Below, in pieces: positions 7,348 through 8,483 of a stretch of DNA of 8,483 nucleotides; the first letter of the stretch is position 1; each line of letters opens with the position of its first letter. The notes below the pieces were generated by a model, which saw nothing but the letters and a program-made list of their open reading frames with translations, made no database searches and was not told where the DNA came from. The translations under genes and the position numbers were made by a program. Source of the stretch: Candidatus Nanohalobium sp. (GTDB lineage Archaea > Nanohalarchaeota > Nanosalinia > Nanosalinales > Nanosalinaceae); assembly GCA_042217545.1 (NCBI GenBank), contig JBDGSM010000040.1:1-8483 (forward strand), given 5' to 3'.

Positions 7348-8130
7348 ATGCGGTTCGATCTCCACACCCACACAACATACAGCGACGGCAGCCTCATGTA
7401 CCTGATGACCCGCGCTGCACAACAGCAAGGCCTCAACGAAATAGGTTTTGCAGACCACTGCAACGTATCAAACCGCGAAACGATGAAACAGACCAAGTAC
7501 AGGAATGGATTCAACCTCGACCAGACATACAAACGCAGAAGAAAAGCAATCCAGAAAATCAGGGAAGAATACGACATCAAAATTTATGACGCGGTGGAAA
7601 TGGACTACGAACCGCAAGACGGAAAACGAATAAAGGCCTTCCTGGAAAAAGCAGAGTTCGACTACTCCCTCGGAAGCATACACTACCTCGACAACGTCAA
7701 CGTCCACGTAAAAAGCCACTTCAAAAACAAGACGAAGAAAACAAAACGAAAACTCGTCCAGAAATACTTCAAAAAACTGGAGAAAATGATACGCACCGAA
7801 CAGTTCGACATAGTCTCCCACATCGACGTATACAAAAGAAACCCCGCACTACAGGGCTACGCAGACACTGAAAACTACGAAAAAATAGCAGAGGCCTTCA
7901 AAGACTCCAGAACAATCCCCGAAATCAACGCAGGAAGAGCACTCAGAGGCCTAGAAGAACTACACCCAACAAAAGAATTCCGGGAAATCCTAATCGAAAA
8001 AGGAGTCGAATTCACAGTCGGAACAGACAGCCACAAACCCCAGGACATACAAAAACTAAACAAGCACCTCAACCAGAAACTCCAGGAACTCGACATAACA
8101 CCAGTAAAGCCTCACAACCTCCGCAACTGA
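7348..8130 (+). CDS. PHP-domain metallophosphatase, histidinol-phosphatase HisJ/HisK-like (start corrected to ATG 7348)
   Basis: DLHTHT.YSDG, IGFADH, AVEMD, DY.LGSIH, IVSH.D, EINAG and GTDSH.P motifs give the full PHP metal-ligand set. The substrate cannot be determined from the sequence. Confidence 0.9.
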   Translation: MRFDLHTHTTYSDGSLMYLMTRAAQQQGLNEIGFADHCNVSNRETMKQTKYRNGFNLDQTYKRRRKAIQKIREEYDIKIYDAVEMDYEPQDGKRIKAFLEKAEFDYSLGSIHYLDNVNVHVKSHFKNKTKKTKRKLVQKYFKKLEKMIRTEQFDIVSHIDVYKRNPALQGYADTENYEKIAEAFKDSRTIPEINAGRALRGLEELHPTKEFREILIEKGVEFTVGTDSHKPQDIQKLNKHLNQKLQELDITPVKPHNLRN

Positions 8131-8231
8131 AAAGAAAGCCTTTTTCAAAATACACCTTCAAACCCAATTAACGTAGGATGAAAAGGCCTAGCGCCTTAGA
8201 CCAACTGGTTACGCTCAGGTCGGCACGCAAG

Positions 8232-8253
8232 GCATGGTTCAACTGAACCATGC
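8232..8253. repeat. Perfect 10-bp inverted repeat GCATGGTTCA-AC-TGAACCATGC
   Basis: Read directly from the sequence. Confidence 0.8.
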
Positions 8254-8269
8254 ATTCAGATGATCAAGC

Positions 8270-8318
8270 TCGAAACTCCTCAGGAGTTTCTGGCAATCAG
8301 AAACTCCAAAGAATTTCG
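8270..8318. repeat. Bipartite palindromic intergenic element, copy 2
   Basis: TC-GAAACTCCT-C-AGGAGTTTC-TG GCAAT CA-GAAACTC-CAAA-GAATTTC-G. Same CGAAA/TTTCTG/CAGAAA/TTTCG scaffold as copy 1, with different but self-complementary stems. Confidence 0.8.
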
Positions 8319-8338
8319 GGCTCTCTACGTGAGTTTGT

Positions 8339-8483
8339 GGTCCACTAGCTCAGGGGTTAGAGCGCCGTCCTTATACGGACACCAGCACAGAAAAGCACTT
8401 GCCTGAAAAAAGGCCTGTGCCGGTCGCCTACTACTTCATCCGAAGATAGGCGGTGGTCCCGGGTTCGAATCCCGGGTGGACCA
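8339..8483 (+). tRNA. tRNA-Ile (anticodon UAU) with a 72-nt intron at 37/38 (8376-8447)
   Basis: Acceptor GGTCCAC/GTGGACC with discriminator A8483. D-arm GCTC..GAGC. Anticodon stem CCGTC/GGCGG with loop CT-TAT-A^A. T-arm CCGGG-TTCGAAT-CCCGG. C4-G69 and A73 fit Ile identity. Relaxed bulge-helix-bulge at the exon-intron junctions. Confidence 0.9.

Noticed and set aside
7254..8096. Minus-strand ORFs 7254-7580, 7468-7821 and 7875-8096
   Set aside because: They are antisense shadows of the PHP gene. Their hydrophobic look comes from its A-rich codons.
7348..8130. PHP gene as RNase P subunit Rpp30 (related fold, expected next to psmA)
   Set aside because: It is divergently oriented and keeps the complete HisJ-type metal-binding motifs that Rpp30 lacks.
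8186..8218. Minus-strand stretch CTGAGCGTAACCAGTTGGTCTAAGGCGCTAGG resembling a tRNA 5' half (split tRNA or relic), or on + a C/D-box guide antisense to a tRNA D-loop
   Set aside because: There is no U33, no 3' half or trans-splicing leader, and a poor D-stem. The C/D boxes (AGGATGA ... CTGG ... CTGA) have wrong spacing and no C' box.
8376..8447. Box C/D guide RNA inside the tRNA intron, as in haloarchaeal tRNA-Trp
   Set aside because: Only one CTGA is present, with no convincing RUGAUGA box or guide complementary to the exons.
1..8483. Frequent TCGA, GATC and GTCGAC words
   Set aside because: They are plausibly explained by ATC/GTC/CTC followed by GAN codons in an acidic proteome and are mostly coding. 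I did not quantify them.
1..8483. CRISPR array, transposase, integrase or att site at the tRNA
   Set aside because: There are no regularly spaced direct repeats and no recombinase motifs. The region 3' of the tRNA lies outside the window.

Overview
Archaeal chromosomal window. The strongly acidic housekeeping proteins together with an intact exosome, which Halobacteria lack, point by inference to a Nanohaloarchaeota-like DPANN halophile. The core is the conserved minus-strand exosome/proteasome superoperon: psmA - two small unknown membrane proteins - SBDS/sdo1 - rrp4 - rrp41 - rrp42 - rpl37ae - rpoP (absent from the ORF track) - pcc1 - pfdB - UPF0147 - sepF. On the left are a small 2xCxxC zinc-finger gene and a partial lipoprotein thermonuclease (also absent from the ORF track). 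On the right are a PHP-family phosphatase and an intron-containing tRNA-Ile with the rare UAU anticodon. Four signals are not explained by the gene list. (1) An intergenic bipartite palindromic element, CGAAA..TTTCTG-N5/6-CAGAAA..TTTCG, occurs in 2 clear copies and 1 degenerate copy. (2) One copy sits between rrp41 and rrp42 and forms a 19-codon mini-ORF coupled to both genes while sequestering the rrp42 Shine-Dalgarno. (3) The palindrome AGGCCT occurs 31 times by hand count against about 2 expected, resembling a highly iterated palindrome. (4) G+T versus A+C strand skew reverses across the window independently of gene orientation.
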